32,222 nucleotides of DNA from a virus (taxonomy: Duplodnaviria; Caudoviricetes), in IMG/VR virus record IMGVR_UViG_3300049857_000042, positions 1 to 32,222 of that record, one strand, 5' to 3'. The translations under genes and the position numbers were made by a program. Of this stretch, positions 1 through 8,217 are shown in pieces (the first letter of the stretch is position 1; the number at the start of each line of letters is the position of its first letter). The notes under the pieces were generated by a model, which saw only the letters and a program-made list of their open reading frames with translations, was not told the origin of the DNA and made no database searches.

Positions 1-301
1 AACAAAGTTTACCTACCACAGGGAAGACGACAAGCAGATAGAGCTTGACTACTATGGAGTTCCCGTGTACGCAAAGCCTCTCGTTGGTCAGGTTAACTTC
101 ATGAAGTCTCTTCGAGCTAGAGGATACTACATAGTTGTGTGGTCAGCCAACGGTAAAGAGTGGGCGTCTGAGGTTGTTAGTAAACTTCATCTTAAATCAA
201 TTGTAAAGGGTGAAGGAACCAAGCCTGCGTTCTGCGTTGACGACAAGGATCCTAACGACTGGATGAAGAGGGTCGTGATAGACCTGGAGGCTACAGAGTG
301 A
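1..301 (+). CDS. HAD-superfamily hydrolase-like protein, 5'-truncated by window edge
   Basis: Frame is open from nt 2 (upstream of the ORF-track start at 65). HAD-like motifs IVVWSANG..WA, KP and VDD. Stop overlaps the next GTG (GTGA). Confidence 0.55.
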   Translation, partial: TKFTYHREDDKQIELDYYGVPVYAKPLVGQVNFMKSLRARGYYIVVWSANGKEWASEVVSKLHLKSIVKGEGTKPAFCVDDKDPNDWMKRVVIDLEATE

Positions 302-1251
302 GCTGCGAAGGTTGCGTCTCACACAGCGCGTGGCAGAAGTACATGACATGTCCTAAGATGTACGACTACCACTACAACCAAAGGCTTAGGCCTGTCGGTA
401 CCACCTCAGCTCTAGCGTTTGGCGTTGCCGTTGACGCAGGGCTTAACGTTTTGCTTCTTGGTCATAAAGATGGCAAGGCTGACGTTCAGGCATCGGTTGA
501 AGCGTTCAGAGCCGCGTTCAAGTACGAGGAGCTTAGGTGTCCTACGTTTGACCGCAAGGACTTCGACCCTAGACTTGTTCCTGAACATGAGCGTGGATCA
601 AACCTAGACTACAACGCATGGAAGTCTCTACGAGTTAAAGGAAGACTCTTGATAGAGGAGTACGCTCGTGTTATACTTCCTGAGATAGAGGAAGTACATG
701 CAGTCCAAAAGAACCTTGATACTAGACCTGGCATCATCGACGCAGTCGTTGTCGTTCGCGGACACGGTAGAGTTGTTCTCGATAACAAGACGAGCGCTAA
801 CCCGTACGACGCTGACGCTGTTGCAAACGATACACAGCTCGCTCTGTACGCCGACTCTGAACGAACGGAGAAGGCAGCTTTCGCCGTCATGGTCAAGGAC
901 ATTAGCTATCGCGTGGTACGTGTGTGCTCTAAATGTGGCTATGATGGCTCACAGTCTAGGCATAAGACATGCCCAGCTGAAGTTAAAGGATCTCGTTGCG
1001 GCTCAGAGTGGAACGAGAAGACAGAACCAAGACCTGTCGTTCAGCTCCTGGTTGACAAGGTGCCGACGGTTACAAGAGATCTCGTCAAGGATTCGATATC
1101 TCAGGCTGAAGCCGGTATCAAAGCTGGAGTATATCCGCGTAACCTAAGAGGCTGCGGCAGGATATACGGTAAGAGATGTCCTTACTTCGAGAAGTGTTGG
1201 AAGGGATCTGATAAAGGACTTGAAACAATAAAGGAGAAACAAGATGGCTAA
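298..1251 (+). CDS. PD-(D/E)XK exonuclease (Cas4/AddB-like) with Cys cluster
   Basis: N-terminal SHS..Y..CP, GIIDAV...VLDNKT, QLALYA, C-terminal C..RCPYFEKC. Sits just upstream of an annealing protein, as in Red-like modules. Confidence 0.85.
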   Translation: MSCEGCVSHSAWQKYMTCPKMYDYHYNQRLRPVGTTSALAFGVAVDAGLNVLLLGHKDGKADVQASVEAFRAAFKYEELRCPTFDRKDFDPRLVPEHERGSNLDYNAWKSLRVKGRLLIEEYARVILPEIEEVHAVQKNLDTRPGIIDAVVVVRGHGRVVLDNKTSANPYDADAVANDTQLALYADSERTEKAAFAVMVKDISYRVVRVCSKCGYDGSQSRHKTCPAEVKGSRCGSEWNEKTEPRPVVQLLVDKVPTVTRDLVKDSISQAEAGIKAGVYPRNLRGCGRIYGKRCPYFEKCWKGSDKGLETIKEKQDG

Positions 1252-1324
1252 GAAACCAAAACCACGTAAACCTAAACCGAAACCAAAGCCTCGTAAACCG
1301 ACGCCTGCATGGGGAGGATACTAA
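1244..1324 (+). CDS. 26-aa Lys/Pro-rich micropeptide MAKKPKPRKPKPKPKPRKPTPAWGGY
   Basis: AAGGAG at 1231-1236, ATG at 1244 overlapping the end of the nuclease gene, TAA at 1322-1324 overlapping the next ATG (TAATG). Too short for the ORF track. Confidence 0.75.
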   Translation: MAKKPKPRKPKPKPKPRKPTPAWGGY

Positions 1325-1731
1325 TGAGCACAGTGTTAACAGAGAAGGGTACAAAGTTACCTCTCATAAACCTTAAGGGTAAGTCATACCTCATGGTAGC
1401 GCATCGTCTTCAGTGGCTAACCGAGAAGGAAGAGAACTACGTGATCGACACCAGCATAGTTAGCGAGAACGCTGACCAAGCTATACTTCGCGCTAAGATC
1501 ACGATCCTCACTCCTGACGGTAAGGTTAAGAAGCAAGCTTCTGCCACCAAGGTAGAGACTAAGAAAGACTTCAACGACTATCTAGAGAAGGCTGAGACTG
1601 CAGCTATAGGTCGAGCTCTAGCTATGCTAGGCTTCGGAACGCAGCACGCGCTTTCTGACCTAGACGAGGGTGAGCGTATAGTTGACACTCCGCTTAAGTC
1701 TACGAAGGCTGACTCTAAGGGAGACTTCTAG
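1324..1731 (+). CDS. single-strand annealing protein, Rad52/Sak-like fold
   Basis: KGKSYLMVAHRL and EKAETAAIGRALAMLGFG motifs, acidic DF C-terminus. Start moved to the TAATG at 1324, which has a GGAGG RBS. Confidence 0.7.
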   Translation: MSTVLTEKGTKLPLINLKGKSYLMVAHRLQWLTEKEENYVIDTSIVSENADQAILRAKITILTPDGKVKKQASATKVETKKDFNDYLEKAETAAIGRALAMLGFGTQHALSDLDEGERIVDTPLKSTKADSKGDF

Positions 1732-1955
1732 TGACGTGGCTAAGCTACATCGCAACAGGTCTCGTTCTAAGCGGCGTCTACTTCATCGCTCAGCCAAGAT
1801 TGAGAGGTCAGTGGATCATGCTTGGTGCAGACCTTACATGGCTTACATACTCTATCATAACTGGGCAGTATGCTTTGACGCTTCAAAGCTTGGTGCTTAT
1901 AAGCTTGGCTGTTAAAGCCATTAAGAATTGGAACAGAGAAGGAATAAAATTTTAA
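1731..1955 (+). CDS. small 3-TM membrane protein, PnuC-like half transporter
   Basis: Three hydrophobic segments with W..Y....QY and C-terminal NW pattern. TAGTG coupling to the upstream gene. Confidence 0.5.
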   Translation: MTWLSYIATGLVLSGVYFIAQPRLRGQWIMLGADLTWLTYSIITGQYALTLQSLVLISLAVKAIKNWNREGIKF

Positions 1956-1956
1956 G

Positions 1957-2430
1957 AAGTGATGCTGGTCGGCATTGATAAAGCCGGTGCCCGGTCACTT
2001 TGTAGTAGAGGCGTGATAAGCTGTGGTAGCGATATGGAGCCTTTGGGTTGAAGTATCTGAAATAGGTTCGCCACTTGATACACGCACAACAATAGCTTCT
2101 TGGTCTGGAAGGGTACAGTCTAGCTAGCTTGTATGACGGAAGACGTAGAGATGGGTGGCAACCCTACTCTATAAACCAGAAGTCAGAGTCGCGTCTGACC
2201 TACTAATGTGGACATATACATAATATGTCATCTCTAGCCGGGAGATTTTAATATAGGCTGAGTGTGGGTATAATGCTTAACCCTCTAAGTACAGGAAGCT
2301 GCTTGTTTGCAGCGAAGAAAGATCTGAACACCAGAGCCTGTCGCGTCACCTGCTAGATTAAGTGGTGAGGTTGGTATGGCTTCGTAAAGCGGTGGTCCCG
2401 CGTGAAACCAAAACGGGACGCTTTTAACCT
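1957..2430 (+). ncRNA. candidate large structured RNA upstream of primase-helicase
   Basis: ORF-free 480 nt in a gene-dense genome, with about a dozen hairpins, multibranch closure TAGTAG(2003-2008)/CTACTA(2200-2205), two possible pseudoknots, and G-U wobbles that favour the + strand. Confidence 0.6.
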
Positions 2431-2439
2431 GGAGGACTG

Positions 2440-3924
2440 ATGTACATATCTTTAAGCAACGAGAGCAACACCAAGTTCGTTTCTACGGACGTTGCCACCT
2501 TAGGTGAGGTTGCAGGTAAGATACTAAAGAGCTGGTACTCGCTATCTATATACAAGGACAGTTACCGTCTCAACAGCAACTTCGTTTACTCAAAGTTCGT
2601 AGGTTTAGACTTCGACGGTGGCATGACTATAGAGCAGGCTAAGGAAGCTTTCAAGGACTACAACTGCATAATAGCTACCACCAGGAACCATCAGAAGGAT
2701 AAGAACGGAGTTACCTGTGACAGGTTCCGTGTCATCCTTGAGCTTGAGGAGCCTGCAGAGAAGCCTGAGGACTACAAGGCTACGGTCATGGAGCTTCTAA
2801 AACTCTACCCTGCTGCAGACAAGGCTTGCTCTGACCCTGCAAGAATGTTCTTCCCGTCAACTGAAATAGTGTACATACATCAAAAAGGTAAGAAGATAGC
2901 ACTACTTAGGTACGTTAAGCCTGAGGTAAAGGTTGAGAAGGTTAACAGCCTCCAGAAAGGTGCGCTGTCTAAGCTTACCAACGACTTCATAGTAAGAGGC
3001 GCGTCGAGCGGAGAGTGGAACACAAGGCTCTTTAAGGCTGCTGTTGACTGCAACGAGCAGGGGTACACCGAGCAGGAAGCCATCAGCCTTCTTCGTAAGG
3101 CTACAGCCGACTTCGACGGAGACCTTGACGACAGCGACCTAAAGACCATAGGATCTGCCTACGGCAGGGATCCTAAGCATCCACCTAGAACCCAAGGTTC
3201 CTGCTTCAACTTCAAGAAGCCATCTGAGATATCTCAAGGCTCAGAGACGGTTGAATGGCTCGTTGAGGATCTATTAATCAAGGACGGCGTTTCGATATTC
3301 GCAGGGATGCCTAAGTCAGGCAAGTCTACCATAGTTAGACAGCTCGCGTCGTCGGTGGTAAAGGGATCAGACTTCCTTGACCGAAAGGTTAAGAAGGGTA
3401 AGGTTCTCTACCTAGCTCTTGAAGAGTCAGGATCTCTAATCAACAACCAGTTCAAGAAGATAGGCATAACCGACGATGACGACATCATGGTACACGTAGG
3501 ACCCATGAACGAGGGTAACCCTTTAGACAACCTTAAGGAAGCCATCAGAGCGTACGGAGCAACTCTTGTTGTTGTGGATACTCTGATACTCATGGTTCAC
3601 TTCGAGAACATGAACGACTACAACGAGGTTTACAGGAAGCTTTCTCAGGTTAGAAACGTTGCCAGAGATACAAACTGCCACATCATATGCCTTCATCACC
3701 AGAACAAAGGCGAGGACAGAGGAGCAAGCTCCATCATGGGATCAGGAGCCGTGTCAGGAGCCGTTGATAACTCTATGGTGTTCAACACGGTTAGAGGAAG
3801 AGAGCTTTACAGGAAGGTTAGGTCATACCAAAGAGGAGGCAGGGACTTCTTGAACGTTGAGCTTAAGTACATTCCAGAGATGGACACGTACGAGCTCAGC
3901 AAGAACCAAGACCCTGATTTTTAA
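2440..3924 (+). CDS. primase-polymerase / RepA-type (AAA_25-like) helicase fusion
   Basis: GLDFDGG, TTRNH, RFRVIL, D..CSDPARMFF (prim-pol), GEWNTRLF (PriCT-like), Walker A GMPKSGKS, Walker B VVVDTL, HHQNK. GGAGG RBS at 2431. Confidence 0.88.
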   Translation: MYISLSNESNTKFVSTDVATLGEVAGKILKSWYSLSIYKDSYRLNSNFVYSKFVGLDFDGGMTIEQAKEAFKDYNCIIATTRNHQKDKNGVTCDRFRVILELEEPAEKPEDYKATVMELLKLYPAADKACSDPARMFFPSTEIVYIHQKGKKIALLRYVKPEVKVEKVNSLQKGALSKLTNDFIVRGASSGEWNTRLFKAAVDCNEQGYTEQEAISLLRKATADFDGDLDDSDLKTIGSAYGRDPKHPPRTQGSCFNFKKPSEISQGSETVEWLVEDLLIKDGVSIFAGMPKSGKSTIVRQLASSVVKGSDFLDRKVKKGKVLYLALEESGSLINNQFKKIGITDDDDIMVHVGPMNEGNPLDNLKEAIRAYGATLVVVDTLILMVHFENMNDYNEVYRKLSQVRNVARDTNCHIICLHHQNKGEDRGASSIMGSGAVSGAVDNSMVFNTVRGRELYRKVRSYQRGGRDFLNVELKYIPEMDTYELSKNQDPDF

Positions 3925-3925
3925 T

Positions 3926-4363
3926 ATGAAACTCATTGTCGGTGATAAATATACACTTAATGAATGGGTTGCCGATCATCGCTCTTTCATTCGTAAACAG
4001 AGAAACCATAATATACTTGAGATGATGGATGGTGATGTTCAACTTCTGTTTAATCCAGAGTGGAATATAGATATGATCCGTGGATATAATTTCACATCAA
4101 TATATCTACTAAACGATGTTGACGCTGTATGTGTCAGAGATGTTTTATATCATCCTGGCATTCATGTAACTCGACGATATAGTCCAAGCTTTCAGCGATC
4201 TCAACTTCTAGCAGGTAAGTCAAACGATGTTATTGGAGTTGATTATAATTCTCAAGTTGAGACCATGCAAAAAAATAGTAGACTTTACGAGCCACCTAAG
4301 GCAGAGTATGAGGAACCGAAGGAGGACTTATATGACTGGGACACTGGTAAGATCAGGGAGTAG
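3926..4363 (+). CDS. hypothetical protein with atypical base composition
   Basis: ATG 1 nt after the primase stop. 145 aa. The 5' 350 nt is rich in AAT/ATT, unlike its neighbours. Confidence 0.6.
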   Translation: MKLIVGDKYTLNEWVADHRSFIRKQRNHNILEMMDGDVQLLFNPEWNIDMIRGYNFTSIYLLNDVDAVCVRDVLYHPGIHVTRRYSPSFQRSQLLAGKSNDVIGVDYNSQVETMQKNSRLYEPPKAEYEEPKEDLYDWDTGKIRE

Positions 4364-4715
4364 ATCCCTATGCAGAAACACCGTTATATTCGTAGGCGAC
4401 GAGTTGTCTCCTGCAAGCTTTCAGAGATCTATGGCGTTCGTTGGAACCAAGTCTTACAAGAAGATCCTTGAGTGGGTATACAAGCTTGATCTCATGCCTA
4501 TACAGGTTCTTATGTACAACAGGCATCAAGTAACAAGCAACTTCGCTCAGCACGCCAAGATCATAGCGCTTGGTACAAAAGCATCAAAGCACTTAGAAAG
4601 CTATCACTACGCGCACTTCAAGTTCCCTCACCCGTCTGGAAGAAACAGAAAGCTAAACGACAAGACCTACGAGAAGCGAATGCTTCAGGAGTGTTACAAG
4701 TGGATCAGAGCATAA
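4332..4715 (+). CDS. minimal uracil-DNA glycosylase superfamily protein
   Basis: GGAGG at 4321 then ATG at 4332. Motifs IFVGDE, AFVG..S, IIALG..A and FPHPSGRNR resemble family 4/5 UDG motifs. Confidence 0.7.
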   Translation: MTGTLVRSGSRSLCRNTVIFVGDELSPASFQRSMAFVGTKSYKKILEWVYKLDLMPIQVLMYNRHQVTSNFAQHAKIIALGTKASKHLESYHYAHFKFPHPSGRNRKLNDKTYEKRMLQECYKWIRA

Positions 4716-6952
4716 GAGACTTCGTTTACGGCAAGAACCAGACAGAGCGAGTGGTAAGCGTCGAGATCGACGACTCCGTAGCCACCTTGTACCTTGATAA
4801 AGGCATAACTCAGGCCAGGAACGAGTTCTTCTGCATACACTCGGATCAAACAGAAGATGACATGATAACCTTGAACGGAGACCTTCACTACAAGTTCGTC
4901 AAGAAGTTTGACAACTCAAAGGACTTCAGGAAGCACGTTGCCATGTCGAAGGCTCGAGAAGAGGACGTGTACGCCATATACAACCCTAAGGAAGCCTTCA
5001 TGGTTAAGACTGGAGTTACCTACTACAAGGGTATGAAGCCGTCTGACCTAAGGGTGTTGTCGTTCGACATAGAGACTACAGGTCTTGATCCTAAGAGCTG
5101 TCAGGTTCTGATGATATCGACTGCTCTCAGAGACGAGAGCGGATCGCTGTCTAAGATCCTGTTCAGCATCGATGACTACAACTCTGAGAAGGAGATGATA
5201 TATGCGTTCTGTAACTACGTTGTTGCTAACAACCCTCACGTTATGGTCGGACACAACATACTCGCGTTCGACTTACCGTTCCTCAAGCAAAGAGCAGGTT
5301 CTCTACCTCTTGGAGTCGATAAACAGGCAGCTCAGTTCGCTACACGACCCAGCCTGTGCAGGAAGGATGCCAGCCAAAAATACGACTACTTCAACGTGCT
5401 CGTGCGAGGGCGCGAGATCGTTGACACCTTCCACCTTGCCATCAAGTACGACGTTGCCGGTAACTACAGAACCTATAAGCTTAAAGACATTGTAAGGCAG
5501 GAAGGTCTAGAGAGAGACGACAGGTCGTTCGTTGACGCCTCCAAGATGAAGAAGTACTTCGACGAGAGAACAAGCAACCCAGACCAGTGGCAGAAGGTAA
5601 AGGACTACGCTATACACGACGTCGAGGACGCTCTTAAGCTCTTTGAGCTCATGATACCTGCCTACTTCTACTTCTGTCAGTCGGTTCCTAAGACGCTTCA
5701 GCAGATCGTAAGCTCTGGAAGATCAACAGGCAACCAGATCAACTCGTTCCTTGTTCGCTCTTACCTATCCGACAAGCACAGCCTACCTAAAGCTTCTGAG
5801 GTTGAGCACTACGAGGGAGCAACAAGCTTCGGTAACCCTGGAGTGTACGAGTACGTAGGCAAGGTCGACGTGGCAAGTCTCTACCCATCAATAATAAGGG
5901 AGTACAAGATATATGACAAGAACAAAGATCCTAAAGGATATTTCTTACGAATGGTCGAGTTTTTTACGCTTGAACGCCTCAACAATAAAAGACTTGGTAA
6001 AGAAACAGGTGAGAGATACTACAAGGATCTCGAGCAAGCCCAGAAGATTGTTATTAACAGCGCTTATGGTTTTATGGGTGCTCCTGGTCTCAACTTCAAC
6101 TCTCCTCGATGTGCTGCTGATGTTACCCATAGGGGCCGTGACATTCTTCATAAGGGTCTTGAGTGGGCCGAGTCAAAGGGATGGAGGATCGTCAACGCAG
6201 ACACAGACTCCTTCTCGTTCATAACAGGTAACCGCTTCCCTCCTGGAGCGTTCAAGGAGTGGATCAAGGAGCTTAACACTCTCTATCCTGAGAAGATCAG
6301 ATGGGAAGACGACGGGATGTACCGATCCGTGATCGTCATCAAGACCAAGAACTACATAATGAAGGAAGCATTGACTGGTAAGGTTAAGATAATAGGAGGC
6401 GCTTTAAAGGCTACAAGCAAGGAGCGTGCGCTTCAGAAGATGATAGACGAGGTCATAGCGATGATGCTAGACGGTCGAAAGGAAGATGTTTTAGCGTTCT
6501 ACGAGAGCATGGTTAGAGAATGTTTCAAGATAACAAAGGAAAACATACAGGACTGGGTAAGCAAGAAGACTATAACCAAGAAGCTTGTTATCAGCAAACG
6601 AGCGAACGAGACTCGGGTGGTAGACGCCTACAAGAGGGCTAAGCTATCGGTTCAAGAGGGTGACAAGATATTTGTTTATTTTAGTACTGACAAAATGTTA
6701 TCAGTTATAGAGAGCTTCGACGGCGTGTACGACGTCAGGAAGCTTATAGGTAAGGTTTACAACACTATCAAGGTGTTCAAGACAGTGCTTGACATGGCTC
6801 AGTTCAAGAAGTATCATAACAAGAGAGAGTTTGAGAAGCTCTCGAAGGAGTTACAATGCGCTTCCAGTTCTTCAGATACAAGAAACAGATCGACGAGCTC
6901 GGCTACCTCTTTGCAATCCGCTTCAAGCGCTTCGGTAAGTCCGACAGCGTAA
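4700..6952 (+). CDS. polB: family B DNA polymerase with 3'-5' exonuclease
   Basis: ExoI SFDIET, ExoII GHNILAFDLPFL, ExoIII YAIHDV, region A DVASLYPSII, region B KIVINSAYG, region C ADTDS, KTKNY. Start at GTG 4700 (AGGAG at 4687) preferred over 4691. Confidence 0.95.
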   Translation: MDQSIRDFVYGKNQTERVVSVEIDDSVATLYLDKGITQARNEFFCIHSDQTEDDMITLNGDLHYKFVKKFDNSKDFRKHVAMSKAREEDVYAIYNPKEAFMVKTGVTYYKGMKPSDLRVLSFDIETTGLDPKSCQVLMISTALRDESGSLSKILFSIDDYNSEKEMIYAFCNYVVANNPHVMVGHNILAFDLPFLKQRAGSLPLGVDKQAAQFATRPSLCRKDASQKYDYFNVLVRGREIVDTFHLAIKYDVAGNYRTYKLKDIVRQEGLERDDRSFVDASKMKKYFDERTSNPDQWQKVKDYAIHDVEDALKLFELMIPAYFYFCQSVPKTLQQIVSSGRSTGNQINSFLVRSYLSDKHSLPKASEVEHYEGATSFGNPGVYEYVGKVDVASLYPSIIREYKIYDKNKDPKGYFLRMVEFFTLERLNNKRLGKETGERYYKDLEQAQKIVINSAYGFMGAPGLNFNSPRCAADVTHRGRDILHKGLEWAESKGWRIVNADTDSFSFITGNRFPPGAFKEWIKELNTLYPEKIRWEDDGMYRSVIVIKTKNYIMKEALTGKVKIIGGALKATSKERALQKMIDEVIAMMLDGRKEDVLAFYESMVRECFKITKENIQDWVSKKTITKKLVISKRANETRVVDAYKRAKLSVQEGDKIFVYFSTDKMLSVIESFDGVYDVRKLIGKVYNTIKVFKTVLDMAQFKKYHNKREFEKLSKELQCASSSSDTRNRSTSSATSLQSASSASVSPTA

Positions 6953-7074
6953 GAAAGACGTACGGCTCAGGAGTAGACCTAGGGATCGTTCTCTTTGACG
7001 TTCACTACTGCCTAGAGATAAGGCTAACCGCGCCCGAGAGGGAGACTCTTACGAAGCGCGGAAGCCAAACTTAA
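6856..7074 (+). CDS. hypothetical basic protein
   Basis: AAGGAG RBS 5 nt before the ATG. Overlaps the polymerase 3' end, and its stop shares TTAA with the convergent tail gene. Confidence 0.55.
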   Translation: MRFQFFRYKKQIDELGYLFAIRFKRFGKSDSVRKTYGSGVDLGIVLFDVHYCLEIRLTAPERETLTKRGSQT

Positions 7075-8216
7075 TATTCAAAACGTAAGTACCCGTCACC
7101 GCCGAAGCCGCCTGGACCGCCTTGAGCGCCTCCACCGGCTTCTCGGCCTCCTCCTCCACCGCCACCACCTGCTCCGTAGTAGTCAGCGTCGACTCCAGTT
7201 CCACCAGTACCAGAAGCTCCGTTACTTTGACCGTTGCCGCCGTTGCCGCCCTTCTTGAACGAAGGACCTCCTCCACCGCCACCAGCGCCACCGCCGCCGC
7301 CACCACTGCCTCCTCCGTTAGTTCCCGGAGTGCTGAAGGTGTCTACCCAGTGAGTGTAGGTGTTGGTTGAAAGCCCTGATGTTACGTTGTTGTTGGTAGT
7401 AGCTCCGCCTCCGCCGTTGGCTCCTGCTCCTGGTGCTATATCAAACACGTTAGGCGTCAGAACGAAAGCGTTGCCGCCTAGAGCTCCTCCGCCTGCAGCG
7501 CCACCGTTGGATCCGTTGGCACCTCTCACAGCGCCTGGTATAATGATCTTATATCCTTGGTCGAAGCCTGTTATAACGGTCGATGTTCCGTCAACACCAG
7601 AGGATGCCGTCATGGCACCGCCTAAGCCTAGAGATATTGATAGAACGTCTCCAGGTATCACAGGAACGCACGAGAACATGAACGGTGTAGCTCCTGCTCC
7701 GCCGCCACCTCCGTCACCAGACCTTGTTGTACCGTCGTTACCTGTACCACCTCTACCACCTGATCCTCCGCCTCCGCATCCTATGAGAGACCTGATCTGG
7801 TATATACCTTGAGGAACTGTGAAGGTGAATGTTGGAGCCGTGCTTGTCCACACCTGAGCATCGGTTGATATGTTAGATATGACAGAAGTCTGGAACCATC
7901 TGGTGTTGATGTTCGTTCCTGCCGTTACCCAGATGTGAGCAAGGTACATCTCTGCTGCGGTATCGTAGGATGCATGCCTTACAGGAGATCCTGATACCTG
8001 AACAACGTAAACGCCGTTCTCTGAGGCTACCGTCTGGTTCTTGATAAGTATGATATCACCGTTAGCTAGGGTTACTCCTCCGAAGGAGTCTCCTGACTCA
8101 GCCTGGATGGCAAGGGATATGTTAGCGGTTGACGCCGCTCTAACCCTGAATATAGTTTGATACTTGAACTCAGTGTATCTCTGCTTCCTAGGGAAGTGTA
8201 CTAAAGCTGCTCCCAT
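7071..8216 (-). CDS. glycine-rich tail fibre/tip protein
   Basis: N-terminal GVTLANGDIILIKNQTVASENGVYV tail-fibre motif, then FTVP...GGGGSGG...GGDGYLRFEY glycine-rich domain. Last gene of the virion operon. Confidence 0.75.
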   Translation of the reverse strand: MGAALVHFPRKQRYTEFKYQTIFRVRAASTANISLAIQAESGDSFGGVTLANGDIILIKNQTVASENGVYVVQVSGSPVRHASYDTAAEMYLAHIWVTAGTNINTRWFQTSVISNISTDAQVWTSTAPTFTFTVPQGIYQIRSLIGCGGGGSGGRGGTGNDGTTRSGDGGGGGAGATPFMFSCVPVIPGDVLSISLGLGGAMTASSGVDGTSTVITGFDQGYKIIIPGAVRGANGSNGGAAGGGALGGNAFVLTPNVFDIAPGAGANGGGGATTNNNVTSGLSTNTYTHWVDTFSTPGTNGGGSGGGGGGAGGGGGGPSFKKGGNGGNGQSNGASGTGGTGVDADYYGAGGGGGGGGREAGGGAQGGPGGFGGDGYLRFEY

Positions 8217-8217
8217 C

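Noticed and set aside
298-1251. Cas4-like gene suggesting CRISPR
   Set aside because: No repeat-spacer array or other cas genes. The context is a phage recombination module.
2064-2074. GGTTCG resembling a tRNA T-loop
   Set aside because: No T-stem geometry, cloverleaf or CCA end.
2108-2123. GAAGGGTACAGTCT resembles the group I intron S element
   Set aside because: No upstream GACT partner for P7, and no interrupted gene whose halves would rejoin.
7100-7800. CCG/CCA/CCT-rich low-complexity DNA as a repeat or DGR target
   Set aside because: Explained by glycine codons. No template-variable repeat pair or reverse transcriptase seen.
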